The notes under the pieces are model-generated. The model made no database searches and had not been told where the DNA came from. It was given only the letters and a program-made list of their open reading frames with translations. This document shows positions 10,713-21,230 of a stretch of DNA of 38,370 nucleotides, in pieces (positions within the stretch are counted from its first letter, which is position 1; each line of letters opens with the position of its first letter). The position numbers and the translations under genes are program-made. The stretch is taken from contig NC_068987.1 of assembly GCF_001194135.2 (NCBI RefSeq), positions 21,402,380 through 21,440,749 on the forward strand. The letters are read 5' to 3'. Origin of the DNA: Octopus bimaculoides. Lineage: Eukaryota.

Positions 10713-12040
10713 NNNNNNNNNNNNNNNNNNNNNNNNNNNNNNNNNNNNNNNNNNNNNNNNNNNNNNNNNNNNNNNNNNNNNNNNNNNNNNNNNNNNNNNN
10801 NNNNNNNNNNNNNNNNNNNNNNNNNNNNNNNNNNNNNNNNNNNNNNNNNNNNNNNNNNNNNNNNNNNNNNNNNNNNNNNNNNNNNNNNNNNNNNNNNNNN
10901 NNNNNNNNNNNNNNNNNNNNNNNNNNNNNNNNNNNNNNNNNNNNNNNNNNNNNNNNNNNNNNNNNNNNNNNNNNNNNNNNNNNNNNNNNNNNNNNNNNNN
11001 NNNNNNNNNNNNNNNNNNNNNNNNNNNNNNNNNNNNNNNNNNNNNNNNNNNNNNNNNNNNNNNNNNNNNNNNNNNNNNNNNNNNNNNNNNNNNNNNNNNN
11101 NNNGATTGTGACAATATTGGAGGGTTTCTATATGTCAGGTATAGTCTCTCCTTGTCAACAGAGAAGAAAAAAGTGTGAAGATGGGGTGTAAAGTGAGGTT
11201 CGCCATACTTGAAGATCTCACCTGGGATCCCATCACCGCCGAGAAACCACTTGTTTTTGAGACCGTAGATGGCCTGTTGGACCTCATCAAGTATTGTCAA
11301 GCTTTTTCACGATAATCCTTCAAAATGTTTGGTCCAACTGTGAAGTATCGCAGTTTTTTTTCTTTTAATAAGGTTCCACTGGGTAATATTACCGGAGCAG
11401 TCATTTTTCTGCATGGACCGAAGATTGAGCCATTGAATCCGTAGGGCTTGTTCTTATTTGCAAAACGTTGAATTTCTTCTGCCTTTCTAAGCCACCAATT
11501 GTTTTGAGCATTCATGATGACACGTTGTGCAGTGGCATGAGCATTCTTCCATTTTTTGCGCAGGACTGCAGAGTTCGGGTTGAACTGCATCGCGGTGTTT
11601 GTTCTTCTGGGATAGGAGAGGTTGTATGACCTCGGTCGATTCATCAAACTAGCTGGGGTTGCGATGTGTAGTTGTTCCAAGGGTTGATCAAACAGTGTCT
11701 TCTAGAATATTGAGGGATGAGTCCTAGAGGTTGTTGATTCCCTCTTGGGTGAGGTAAGCAGCCGCAAGATCTGGGATAGGCGTGAGCTGATCTTGAATCC
11801 TGCATTGGAACTGAGTAGTAATGTCAAGACGAGAAAAGGGCTGCGATTTTCCGATCGCAGGCCTCCAAAGTCAAACGGACAAGAGATCTAATCATTCGAT
11901 GGTCAGTCCCCTCAAGCATCCTTATGATCTCCTTGTCCAGCAACCACATAGTCACGAAGTTGCCAGGATTTGGATCGAGGATGCATCTTGGATACTTTGT
12001 AAAAACCGTGCTAGTACTGACCAATCCATGTGTCCTCAAT
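9480..12040 (-). mobile_element. RTE-clade LINE, decayed, copy A (APE C-terminus, RT, C-terminal region)
   Basis: GTDHRMI (APE end), LDEVQQAIYGLKNK..GGDGIPGEIFK, GIKQGCILAH, QYADD, FYYCGS..EILRRIKLASSSF, RMSGTRLPKMVLF. Spans a gap. Confidence 0.88.
9985..10105. repeat. 14-bp tandem array (GAGACCATACAATA, about 6.5 units) between two copies of CTTCCACAATAGTAGA
   Basis: Flank copies at 9985-10000 and 10090-10105; units counted directly. Confidence 0.95.
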
Positions 12041-13315
12041 TTGTTGTAATATTCAAAAAGCTTCGTGAAAACAAGAGAGCAAAATTGAACTTCAGTGGGA
12101 CACTTTCAGAGAATCAATAACAGCGGAAAGCGATATCAAACAGGGTGACATTTCACTACCAACTCTGTTCTCCATTTACTTTACTGTGCTAATTACATAT
12201 GTCTTCCTGCGATTTAAAATTTGTGGCAAAGTTTTTAATCTGAGACATTTCAACACCAAGTCAAAACACTGCATTCTTGTCGGAGAGTTCCTTTATGCTA
12301 ATGATGCGAATGTTGTGGCTCATTCAGTGAAGGACATTCAGATGACAATGGACTTCTTCAACAGTGCATTTAGTCTAAATATTGGTTTCAAATTTTGGTA
12401 CAAGGTCAGCAATTTCGGGGTGGGGAGGACTACATTGATTACATCGACCCCAGTGATCAATTGATCCTTATTTTATCGATTCTGAAAGGACGAAAGGCCA
12501 ATTTTGATCTCGGCAGAATTTGAACTCAGAACATAAAGACGGGCGAAATGCTGCTAAGCATTTTCCCAACGTACTAACGATTCTGCCACTTCGCCACCTT
12601 ATATTTGCTCTAAATATAACCATAAAGACAAAGGTCATTTAAACTTATCAGTTGGGGAAGCGTATGCGGAGCCTGTGGGAGGAAAGAGACTTGATGTCAT
12701 GAACGGTTTTGTACATCTTGGAAGCACACTTTATAGAAATGGTACCCTTGGGGCTGAAATATATCACAGGACTGAGATAGTAAGTGCTGCTTTCGGGAAA
12801 CTTGTGAAGCGAATTTAGTCATGTCGTAATATCACGAGAGACACAAAGCTCGCTGTGTATGAAGCCCGTGTTCTTACAGCCCTGCTATACGAGTGAGAAA
12901 CGTAGATAACTTATCGGCATCACATCAAGCAGTTGGAAAGGTTTCATTAGCATTGAATCCGATGCATCCTGAACACAAAGTAGTCCTATCATACACCTAA
13001 TATTGTTGCAATTGAGAAGGCTGTAGCAACATTGAGAAAAGGATGATTTTGAATTAGGTGCGTTGGGCTGGTCTTGTTGTCAGAATAAAAGACGGAAGGC
13101 TACCCAATCAGATATTTTATGACGAGCTGACCCAAGGGGGAAAAGCCTCAACATAAACTCAGGAAGCGGTTTAAGGATGTCATAAAAGGTAAGAACCTGG
13201 AGATTGATATGGATAAATGGGAGACATTAGCAGAAAGCTAGAGATCATGGAGAATGGTCTATCCAGCACAGATCTCGCGCCATCGAGCAAAAACGGACGG
13301 AGCATGCTGCTACAT
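12040..13315 (+). mobile_element. RTE-clade LINE, decayed, copy B (RT core to C-terminus)
   Basis: IKQGDISLPTLFSIYF, FNLRHF..FLYANDA..AHS, FVHLGSTL..AEI..SAAFGKL, TKLAVYEARVLTALLYE*ET. Interrupted by a SINE. Confidence 0.88.
12383..12602 (-). mobile_element. tRNA-derived SINE (family 2) inserted in RTE copy B
   Basis: Minus strand GGTGGCGAAGTGGCAGAATCGTTAG..GAGTTCAAATTC; similar to 25544 and 34081 copies. Probable 15-bp TSD at 12368-12382 and 12603-12617 (2 mismatches). Confidence 0.85.
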
Positions 13316-13324
13316 ACCGTTCAC

Positions 13325-13518
13325 TCTGTAGTTGTGGTTACTTGGTAACCACATGGATCCCAACCACATGGATCCCAACCACATGGATCCCAACCACATG
13401 GATCCCAACCACATGGATCCCAACCACATGGATCCCAACCACATGGTTCAGAGTTCAGTTCCACTCTGTGACACTTTGAGAAAGTGCATCCTACTATAAT
13501 CACGAGCCGACCAAATTC
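13325..13518 (+). mobile_element. Family 1 SINE head with an internal 15-bp tandem array
   Basis: GTTGTGG..(AACCACATGGATCCC)x6 + AACCACATGG..GAGTTCAGTTCC, then CORE-like ACTTTGAGAAAGTG..CTACTATA. Confidence 0.8.
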
Positions 13519-13528
13519 NNNNNNNNNN

Positions 13529-13594
13529 ATGCTGGAGCACCGCCTTTAGTCGAGCAAATAGACCCCAGTACTTATTCTTTGTAAGCCTAGTACC
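13529..13594 (-). mobile_element. Family 1 SINE tail fragment
   Basis: ATGCTGGAGCACCGCCTTTAGTCGAGCAAA..GTAAGCCTAGTAC matches 38040-38104. Confidence 0.85.
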
Positions 13595-13597
13595 GTC

Positions 13598-14580
13598 GGG
13601 GGGGTGTAAAGCAGTTAGAGGAGACGGGCTATAAGTACATGGGGATATTGGAAATGGATAAATTGATGGAGAAAGAAATGAGAGAAAAATTTAAGGTGGA
13701 CTACTTGCGCAGCCTTGGACTGATCTTTAAGTCGAAATTAAATGGACGGAATAAGATTGAGGCTATCAACACCTGGACAGTTTCACTCCTTAGATATGGA
13801 GCAGGGGTAATCACATGGACAGTAGACGAACTAAACAGCTTAGACAGAAAGACAAGGAAGTTCCTGACTAGATATGGGATACACCAACCAAAAAGTGACA
13901 CAGACAGACTGTATGTACCAAGAAAAAAAGGGGGAAGAGGACTGATTGGATGCAGTAGAGCAGAAGAAAACAACATAGCATAGTATGTAAAAAATTCCAC
14001 AGAACCGCTATTAGTGAAAGTAAGAAGGCTAGGCTTGTGGAAGATAGCAAAGATAAAGCACTGTACAAGGACTTGAGAATGAATGAAACTGAAAATTGGT
14101 GGATAAAGAAAAGAATGCATGGACAATTTCATAGGGATGCTGAAGATAAGACAGAGAAAAAAGTTGGTTATGGATGACTAAAAGTGATTTAAAACCGGAA
14201 ACGGAGGCTCTAATCTGTGCAGCCCAAGAACAAGCATTAAAAACCAGTTACATCAAATGCAAAATAGACAACACATCAGAAAGTGATAAGTACAGAATTT
14301 GTGGACAAAATGGTGAAACCGTGTGGTATGTTACCAGACAATGTACGCCACTAGCCCAGAAAGAGACGTCATGACAATATAGCAAGGATTGTCCATTGGA
14401 CACTTTCAACAAGTATGGACTTGACAGAGAAAAAAGTGGTACGAACATAAACCCGAAGGCATAATCGAAAATGATAATTCAAAGATCCTATGGGATTTTA
14501 TGATTCAGTGCGACCATGGGATAGAGAATAGGAAGCCGAACAGTCTTAATTGAGAAAGAAAGCAAACTATGCTGGAATAT
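13598..14580 (+). mobile_element. R4/Dong-like RLE-LINE fragment, copy D (third subfamily)
   Basis: YKYMGILE..KLNGRNKIEAINTW..LRYGAG..DRKTRKFL..DTDRLYVPRKKGGRGL; KPETEALICAAQEQAL..RICGQNGETV; truncated inside the nuclease domain. Confidence 0.9.
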
Positions 14581-14581
14581 A

Positions 14582-14653
14582 TTATTTTTGAAAACCGACG
14601 TATAATCGAGAACGACTTAAATCGAAACGACTTAAGCCGAGGTATGCCCTGTA
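14582..14653 (-). mobile_element. Solitary Tigger/pogo-like terminal inverted repeat end
   Basis: Minus strand TA-CAGGGCATACCTCGGCTTAAGTCG resembles the Tigger1-type terminus CAGGCATACCTCG (from memory). No partner end found. Confidence 0.55.
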
Positions 14654-14659
14654 TATATA

Positions 14660-14673
14660 AATGCATACATACA

Positions 14674-14709
<36 letters not shown>

Positions 14710-14735
14710 GATATAGATAATAGATATTGATATTG

Positions 14736-14778
<43 letters not shown>
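14660..14778. repeat. (CATA)n and (TG)n microsatellites
   Basis: Read directly. Confidence 0.95.
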
Positions 14779-14780
<2 letters not shown>

Positions 14781-14972
14781 TTTATGCTTGTGCTTGTTCC
14801 CCAGCACTGCATGACAATCAGTGTAGGTTTCTTTACATCCCTGTAACTTGGCGATTCAGCAAAAAGTTCTCGAGGGAATAGGTACCAGGCCTAAAAGTAT
14901 GTGCTGGGGTCAGTCTGCATCAAAGCAGTGGTAACAGCATGGCCGCAGTCCAAAGAGAGACACAAGTAAAAA
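14778..14972 (+). mobile_element. Family 1 SINE tail, strongly diverged
   Basis: ..CCCTGTAACTTGGCGATTCAGCAAAA..CAGCATGGCCGCAGTC..ACAAGTAAAAAG; same layout as the reverse complement of 37998-38190. Confidence 0.7.
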
Positions 14973-14974
14973 GT

Positions 14975-15200
14975 AGTGCGTGTGTGTGTGTCTGTGTGCA
15001 TGTGTGTGCGCGCGCGTGCGTGCGTGTGTGTGTGCATGTGCGTGTGTGTGCATGTGTGTGTGTGTTTGTGTGTGTGTGTGTTTACGCATGCATGCATGCT
15101 TGTATGTATGCATATATGCATGCATATGTGTATGCATATCTGTATGCATGCAGGTAGGCATACAAGTATGTATAAGTATGTATGTATCTATGTATGTACT
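14975..15200. repeat. Compound (TG)n/(CG)/(TGCA)/(TATG) microsatellite
   Basis: Read directly. Confidence 0.9.
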
Positions 15201-15712
15201 ACGTAGTTATGTGTATTGTTTTGAAAACCTTCAAAGCAACCTGCCTGATATGACACAACTGCCGCTGTATCATATTTATTTCATGTATGTCACTTTATTT
15301 ATGTATTTATTTATGTAATTAATCATAAAACGGTTTATGTAACAGTGTGATATTGAAACTCAAGAACTAACAGCTGTTACCACTGCAAAGGAACAATTCT
15401 ATTTTGTAATTGAAGTTTGTTTATTCCATTTTCTTGTATAAATTTTTATGTGAGTTAGCTACACTAACGGAGTTCCACATATTCATTTAGCTCAAAAAAT
15501 AACCCTGCTATATGTTGGCATACGGTAGCTGATAATAGTAGTGGAGCTTTTAAATGCACGTTATGAGGTTCTCATCCAGATATTGAATACATGTGTGCAT
15601 GCGTGTGTGCGCATGTGTGTGTATGTGTGTGTGCGCGCGCGCATGTTTGTGTGTGTTTGTGCTGTCTGTGTGAATATAGGTAATTTGAATATATATATAT
15701 ATGTATGTGTGC

Positions 15713-15746
<34 letters not shown>

Positions 15747-17096
15747 NNNNNNNNNNNNNNNNNNNNNNNNNNNNNNNNNNNNNNNNNNNNNNNNNNNNNN
15801 NNNNNNNNNNNNNNNNNNNNNNNNNNNNNNNNNNNNNNNNNNNNNNNNNNNNNNNNNNNNNNNNNNNNNNNNNNNNNNNNNNNNNNNNNNNNNNNNNNNN
15901 NNNNNNNNNNNNNNNNNNNNNNNNNNNNNNNNNNNNNNNNNNNNNNNNNNNNNNNNNNNNNNNNNNNNNNNNNNNNNNNNNNNNNNNNNNNNNNNNNNNN
16001 NNNNNNNNNNNNNNNNNNNNNNNNNNNNNNNNNNNNNNNNNNNNNNNNNNNNNNNNNNNNNNNNNNNNNNNNNNNNNNNNNNNNNNNNNNNNNNNNNNNN
16101 NNNNNNNNNNNNNNNNNNNNNNNNNNNNNNNNNNNNNNNNNNNNNNNNNNNNNNNNNNNNNNNNNNNNNNNNNNNNNNNNNNNNNNNNNNNNNNNNNNNN
16201 NNNNNNNNNNNNNNNNNNNNNNNNNNNNNNNNNNNNNNNNNNNNNNNNNNNNNNNNNNNNNNNNNNNNNNNNNNNNNNNNNNNNNNNNNNNNNNNNNNNN
16301 NNNNNNNNNNNNNNNNTTAACCTTAATTAGAATATTAACTAATAATCAAAGAAATTATATTAAAAAAAACTACTTATTTATCCCTTAAATCAAAAAGAAA
16401 TATTAAACAATATTATTGGAAATAAATGCAACACTAAACTAAACAAAGTTTTGTTTTAAACTAAAATGTCAAGCTAGTGTTAAATAATATATCTGCTAAC
16501 ATTAAATATCAATTGAATTAATATAAAATTACATATTTTCCCAATCTATGATAGACGTTATTCTAATAACTAAGCGTTTATTAGAAAGAAGTCGCGTGAA
16601 GATATTGCGTAAAGAAAAAGAATAGAATAAAGAGATATAAAAACATGAATGAAAGTTTTATTTATAAAATCACGAATGAAAATTAAAATTTATATAACTC
16701 AAAACATAATAAAAGAATTAACTAAATTGTAAACATTTTATGGAACTTTAAAATCTAAGTAATTATAGAGTCTAAAGAATAAGACTAAGATACATAAATT
16801 AAATAATATATATGAAATAAGCTAAAATACCATAATTAAATTAGTTAATTAAAATATCGATATTATTAATTTTATAAAAATCATGTCATTAAAATATTAA
16901 TTCCTTAAACTCACTAAATTAATACACAATTAAAAAATATAAATTATAACTAATACAATTAGTAAAGAAGGAATAGTATACACACACACACACACACACC
17001 TACACACACTCACACATATATATATATACATCTTTACACATACAGATTTATACACATACACACATATATATACATATATATATATANNNNNNNNNN

Positions 17097-17158
<62 letters not shown>

Positions 17159-17173
17159 TATATATAGACACAG

Positions 17174-17450
17174 TTAGCTAAACTTATTATATAAATAAAG
17201 TAATTTATGTCTACATTTAATTTTTCGTTCATCAAAAGAATTAATCAAAGTCTTATTATTTAATAATATCTCCTTAAATTCATGAGTACGCAACTTACAA
17301 AAATTATTACCTATACGATAGGATTTCGCCTTACAAACTATCTCCCAATGTAATATATACTTAATACTTTTAGATTTAAGTTCCCAAATATATTTACTAA
17401 GGCCAGTAGAATTAATCAAATTTCTATTCTTAAAGGAGTGCATATGTTGA
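17174..17450 (-). mobile_element. Penelope-like element GIY-YIG endonuclease C-part
   Basis: QHMHSFKNRNLINSTGLSKYIWELK..HWEIV..AKSY..CKL..E..IL..KCRH, the characteristic PLE endonuclease C-terminus. Confidence 0.9.
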
Positions 17451-17716
17451 GTCATCCGATTCAGCACAGGTAACTGATTTAGTAGGTATATATTTATTAT
17501 CAGAACTTCTACTTGAAAACTTAAAATTAGTGGGTGGTTTATATAGGGATGACCTTTTATTACTGGCTAAGAATTGCACCAATAGAACACTAGAATTATA
17601 TAAGAAGAGAATATATAGTTTTTTTTAAAGAAATGGATTAAAGATTACTATATATAATGAGAACTATAAATAACTTTAATTTTAATATAAACTAACAAAA
17701 AATTAATTTATATAAN
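17450..17716 (+). mobile_element. Penelope-like element RT core fragment
   Basis: SSDSAQVTDLVGIYLLSELLLENLKLVGGLYRDDLLLL (intact YRDD); runs into a gap. Confidence 0.9.
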
Positions 17717-18454
17717 NNNNNNNNNNNNNNNNNNNNNNNNNNNNNNNNNNNNNNNNNNNNNNNNNNNNNNNNNNNNNNNNNNNNNNNNNNNNNNNNNNNN
17801 NNNNNNNNNNNNNNNNNNNNNNNNNNNNNNNNNNNNNNNNNNNNNNNNNNNNNNNNNNNNNNNNNNNNNNNNNNNNNNNNNNNNNNNNNNNNNNNNNNNN
17901 NNNNNNNNNNNNNNNNNNNNNNNNNNNNNNNNNNNNNNNNNNNNNNNNNNNNNNNNNNNNNNNNNNNNNNNNNNNNNNNNNNNNNNNNNNNNNNNNNNNN
18001 NNNNNNNNNNNNNNNNNNNNNNNNNNNNNNNNNNNNNNNNNNNNNNNNNNNNNNNNNNNNNNNNNNNNNNNNNNNNNNNNNNNNNNNNNNNNNNNNNNNN
18101 NNNNNNNNNNNNNNNNNNNNNNNNNNNNNNNNNNNNNNNNNNNNNNNNNNNNNNNNNNNNNNNNNNNNNNNNNNNNNNNNNNNNNNNNNNNNNNNNNNNN
18201 NNNNNNNNNNNNNNNNNNNNNNNNNNNNNNNNNNNNNNNNNNNNNNNNNNNNNNNNNNNNNNNNNNNNNNNNNNNNNNNNNNNNNNNNNNNNNNNNNNNN
18301 NNNNNNNNNNNNNNNNNNNNNNNNNNNNNNNNNNNNNNNNNNNNNNNNNNNNNNNNNNNNNNNNNNNNNNNNNNNNNNNNNNNNNNNNNNNNNNNNNNNN
18401 NNNNNNNNNNNNNNNNNNNNNNNNNNNNNNNNNNNNNNNNNNNNNNNNNNNNNN

Positions 18455-19492
18455 GACTTTACAGTGTAAGTGTGGCCGCTCCACTAGCAATGTGCACCAA
18501 AGAACGAAGAACAGTGATCCGATTTCTCTGGTCGGAGGGTGTGTCAGGTGCTGAAATTTATCGGAAACTTTTAGCACAATAGATTGGCAGTGCACTACCG
18601 CGTAGAAGTGTGTATGAGTGGATCGAGAAGTTTAAAAGTAGTCGGACAAGAGTGACGCACGAAGAGGGAGCAGGACGCCCGTCAATCTCCATCACTGACA
18701 AGAAGATTCGGCAAACTCGCGTGATGGCTACCAAGAGAGCTTACTGGAGAGCACAAGCGCAAACGTCTGGAGGTCTGCCAACATTTACTCGATCGCTACA
18801 ACAATGGGCAAGTCATTTTTGAGCAGAGTAGTCACAGAAGATAAAACGTATGTCCATCATTATGAGGCAGAATCCAAAAGACAACAGTATGGAGTGGAAA
18901 TATCCTGGCTCGCCAGCGACGAAGAAATTCAAAAGTCAGTCTTCTGCGGGAAAGGTAATGCTAACCCTTTTTGAGTATTCAAAAGGGCCTATACTGGAAG
19001 ACTACCTGGAAAGGCGTGTACGAGTAACAGTGTAAAATACAGTGCTTTACTGGCCAATAACCTGGAGCCAACAATTCGCACTAAACGCCCAAGTATATTG
19101 TCGAAGAAAGTTTTGTTGTTGCATGACAATGCACGCCCACTCACAGCACCCAGACCATTGAAGCCATTAACCAATTGGGTTTTGAGGTGCTGGAACACCC
19201 TGCCTACAGCCCAGATCTCGCTCCTTCCGACCATTATATCTTTGGACCGCCCAAAGATGGTTTATGAGGTCGTCGATTTCTTACGGATGAAGATGTGAAG
19301 GAAGCGGTGCATAAACGGTTACACGACCAACCAAAAACGTTCTTCTTGGAGGGAATACGCAAGCTTGTGGACCGCTGGACCAAGTGCATCGAAAAGGAAG
19401 GAGACTATATAGCAAAATGACGTTTTTGTTTATCTCCTGCTTTTGTGTAAATACATTGAAAATACAAGAATGCGTAAATTTGTTTACTCTCA
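18455..19492 (+). mobile_element. Mariner (irritans/Hsmar2-like) decayed copy
   Basis: VIRFLWSEGVSGAEIYRKL..VYEWIEKFK..AGRPS; VTEDKTYVHHY; LLLHDNARP; YSPDLAPSD; RWTKCIEKEGDYI*. Right TIR eroded; left end lies in a gap. Confidence 0.9.
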
Positions 19493-20329
19493 TATATATA
19501 TATGTAACAAAAGAGGAAACTAGTTTGGTATATATGTACCAATCTAGTTTCAACAATATTTTTTGTTTATCAATGTTAAAAATTTTAAATTATGAATTAC
19601 AAAAACATATTCAAAAGTTTCAATATTTACAAGTTTAAATGTTCATAACAATCAATAATATAAAAAATGTGGATCATTTGTTTAAATGCAGAAAATTCAG
19701 TAGTGTTAGAAGTGATGGATAAAGAATGTATATCATCAAAGTTTCAGTCATAATGAGTTAAGAGGGAGAAAAAGAAGGGAGAAATAAAGANNNNNNNNNN
19801 NNNNNNNNNNNNNNNNNNNNNNNNNNNNNNNNNNNNNNNNNNNNNNNNNNNNNNNNNNNNNNNNNNNNNNNNNNNNNNNNCTGGTGGTCAAGTTCGTTGT
19901 TCTGCTTGGTTGGCTTCTATGTGGGGAACGGTCGTCAGCTGTTCCAGTTGGTTGATTCTCTTAAAGGGTTATTTTGTTGTATTTGCTGAAGTTTGGTTTT
20001 GATCGGAGGTAAAATTTCACTGGTCTAGAGTTAGGTGACGTCAGCAACTGGTATTTGTATGGTGTTATTGTAAGGTGATTTGGAGTTGCAGTTTCGAAAC
20101 TCACGTGGACGTCTGTTACTAAAGTTTTTAAAACTGTCTGTTGTATCTGTTTTTTTTTTTTGCTTTATTTTGGGGGAGAAATTGGGTCTTCTTTCCTTTT
20201 TCTCTTTAGTGTTTTTCTCCTTTCTATAGGATATTCAGCAGTGGTTTATGTTTTTTTAATGAGTATGCTTTCGTTATTTAAACGGAATCCGGCCAGTCTT
20301 AATCAAAACGGAATAGAATGTGCAAAAAT

Positions 20330-21230
20330 GATAGACATCCAAGAGTTACGGAAAACAAGAGGGCAAGATCAGATGAGTACGGTGGATGATGGAGAACTTC
20401 CAACTCCAACACCTGTAGCTTCACCAATGTCATTTTTGCGATGTGTGGTCTGGCCTTGTCGTGCAATAAAATAGGAGTGGTGCAATAAAATAGGAGTGGT
20501 TCTGTTGACTAATCTAGGCTTTTTTTTTGTAAGTTTTTGGATCATTTGATCCAGTTGGCTGCAGTATACTTCAGTCGTGAATGATGAGCCAGGTTTAATG
20601 AAATCATAATGGATCACACCTACGCCAGACCACCAAACACACACTATCAGCTTTATTTGATGAATTTTGCATTTTGGACTGTGATTTGGTGGCTCGTTTT
20701 TGTCCAACCATTGTGCTGAACGTTTACGGTTGTTGTATTGGATCAATTTCTCATCACATGTTTCAAAAATGATTCATTTTTGTGACGAGAAAGTAGCTTA
20801 ATTCAGGCTTCCAAACGTTGCTGTTTCTGATTTTCATTGAGTTCATGTGAAACCCACTTATCCAAATTTTTGACTTTACCGATTCGAACTAAGTGAGTCA
20901 ATATTGTTTGCTTGCTAACACCAAACAACAACGATAATTCACGGGCATTTTGAGATGGATCTGACTCAACGGTGGCTTTCAGTTCGTCATTATCCACCTT
21001 TGGTTCTGGTCGACCGCATTGCTCATTTGTGAGGTCAAAGTTACCAGAACGAAATTTTGAAAGCCAATTTTGATACTGCCTGCTGTGTAATAACATTAGA
21101 ATGAAATACTCCATTAAAATTCCGAGTTGTCTGTGATGCTGTATTTCCAAGAAAGAATTCATATTTCAAAACTGTACGAATTTCCGACTTATCCATCTCT
21201 AAACAAAAATAGCAAAAAACGATTTATAAA
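20330..21230 (-). mobile_element. Mariner (SETMAR-like) decayed copy; 5' end cut off by the Helitron-like element
   Basis: ATG at 21196 MDKSEIRTVLKYEF; FRSGNFDL..GRPEP; KWVSHEL; TCDEK; VCVWWS..GVIHYDF; PILLH-DKA. Confidence 0.9.

Noticed and set aside
9480-13315. RTE copies A and B as a single twin-primed (5'-inverted) insertion
   Set aside because: Both contain the same RT and C-terminal domains and are very different in sequence, so they are two separate elements that happen to meet head-to-head near 12040.
9998-13446. Short regular repeats (14-bp and 15-bp arrays) as CRISPR arrays
   Set aside because: Units are head-to-tail with no unique spacers, no cas genes are present, and the context is eukaryotic.
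16317-16975. Very AT-rich stretch as organellar or foreign DNA, or a PLE end
   Set aside because: No recognisable gene or motif in any frame; left unassigned.
19881-20330. Unique-looking segment with palindrome GTTTCGAAAC
   Set aside because: No ORF, TIR or complete ribozyme motif could be supported; left unassigned.
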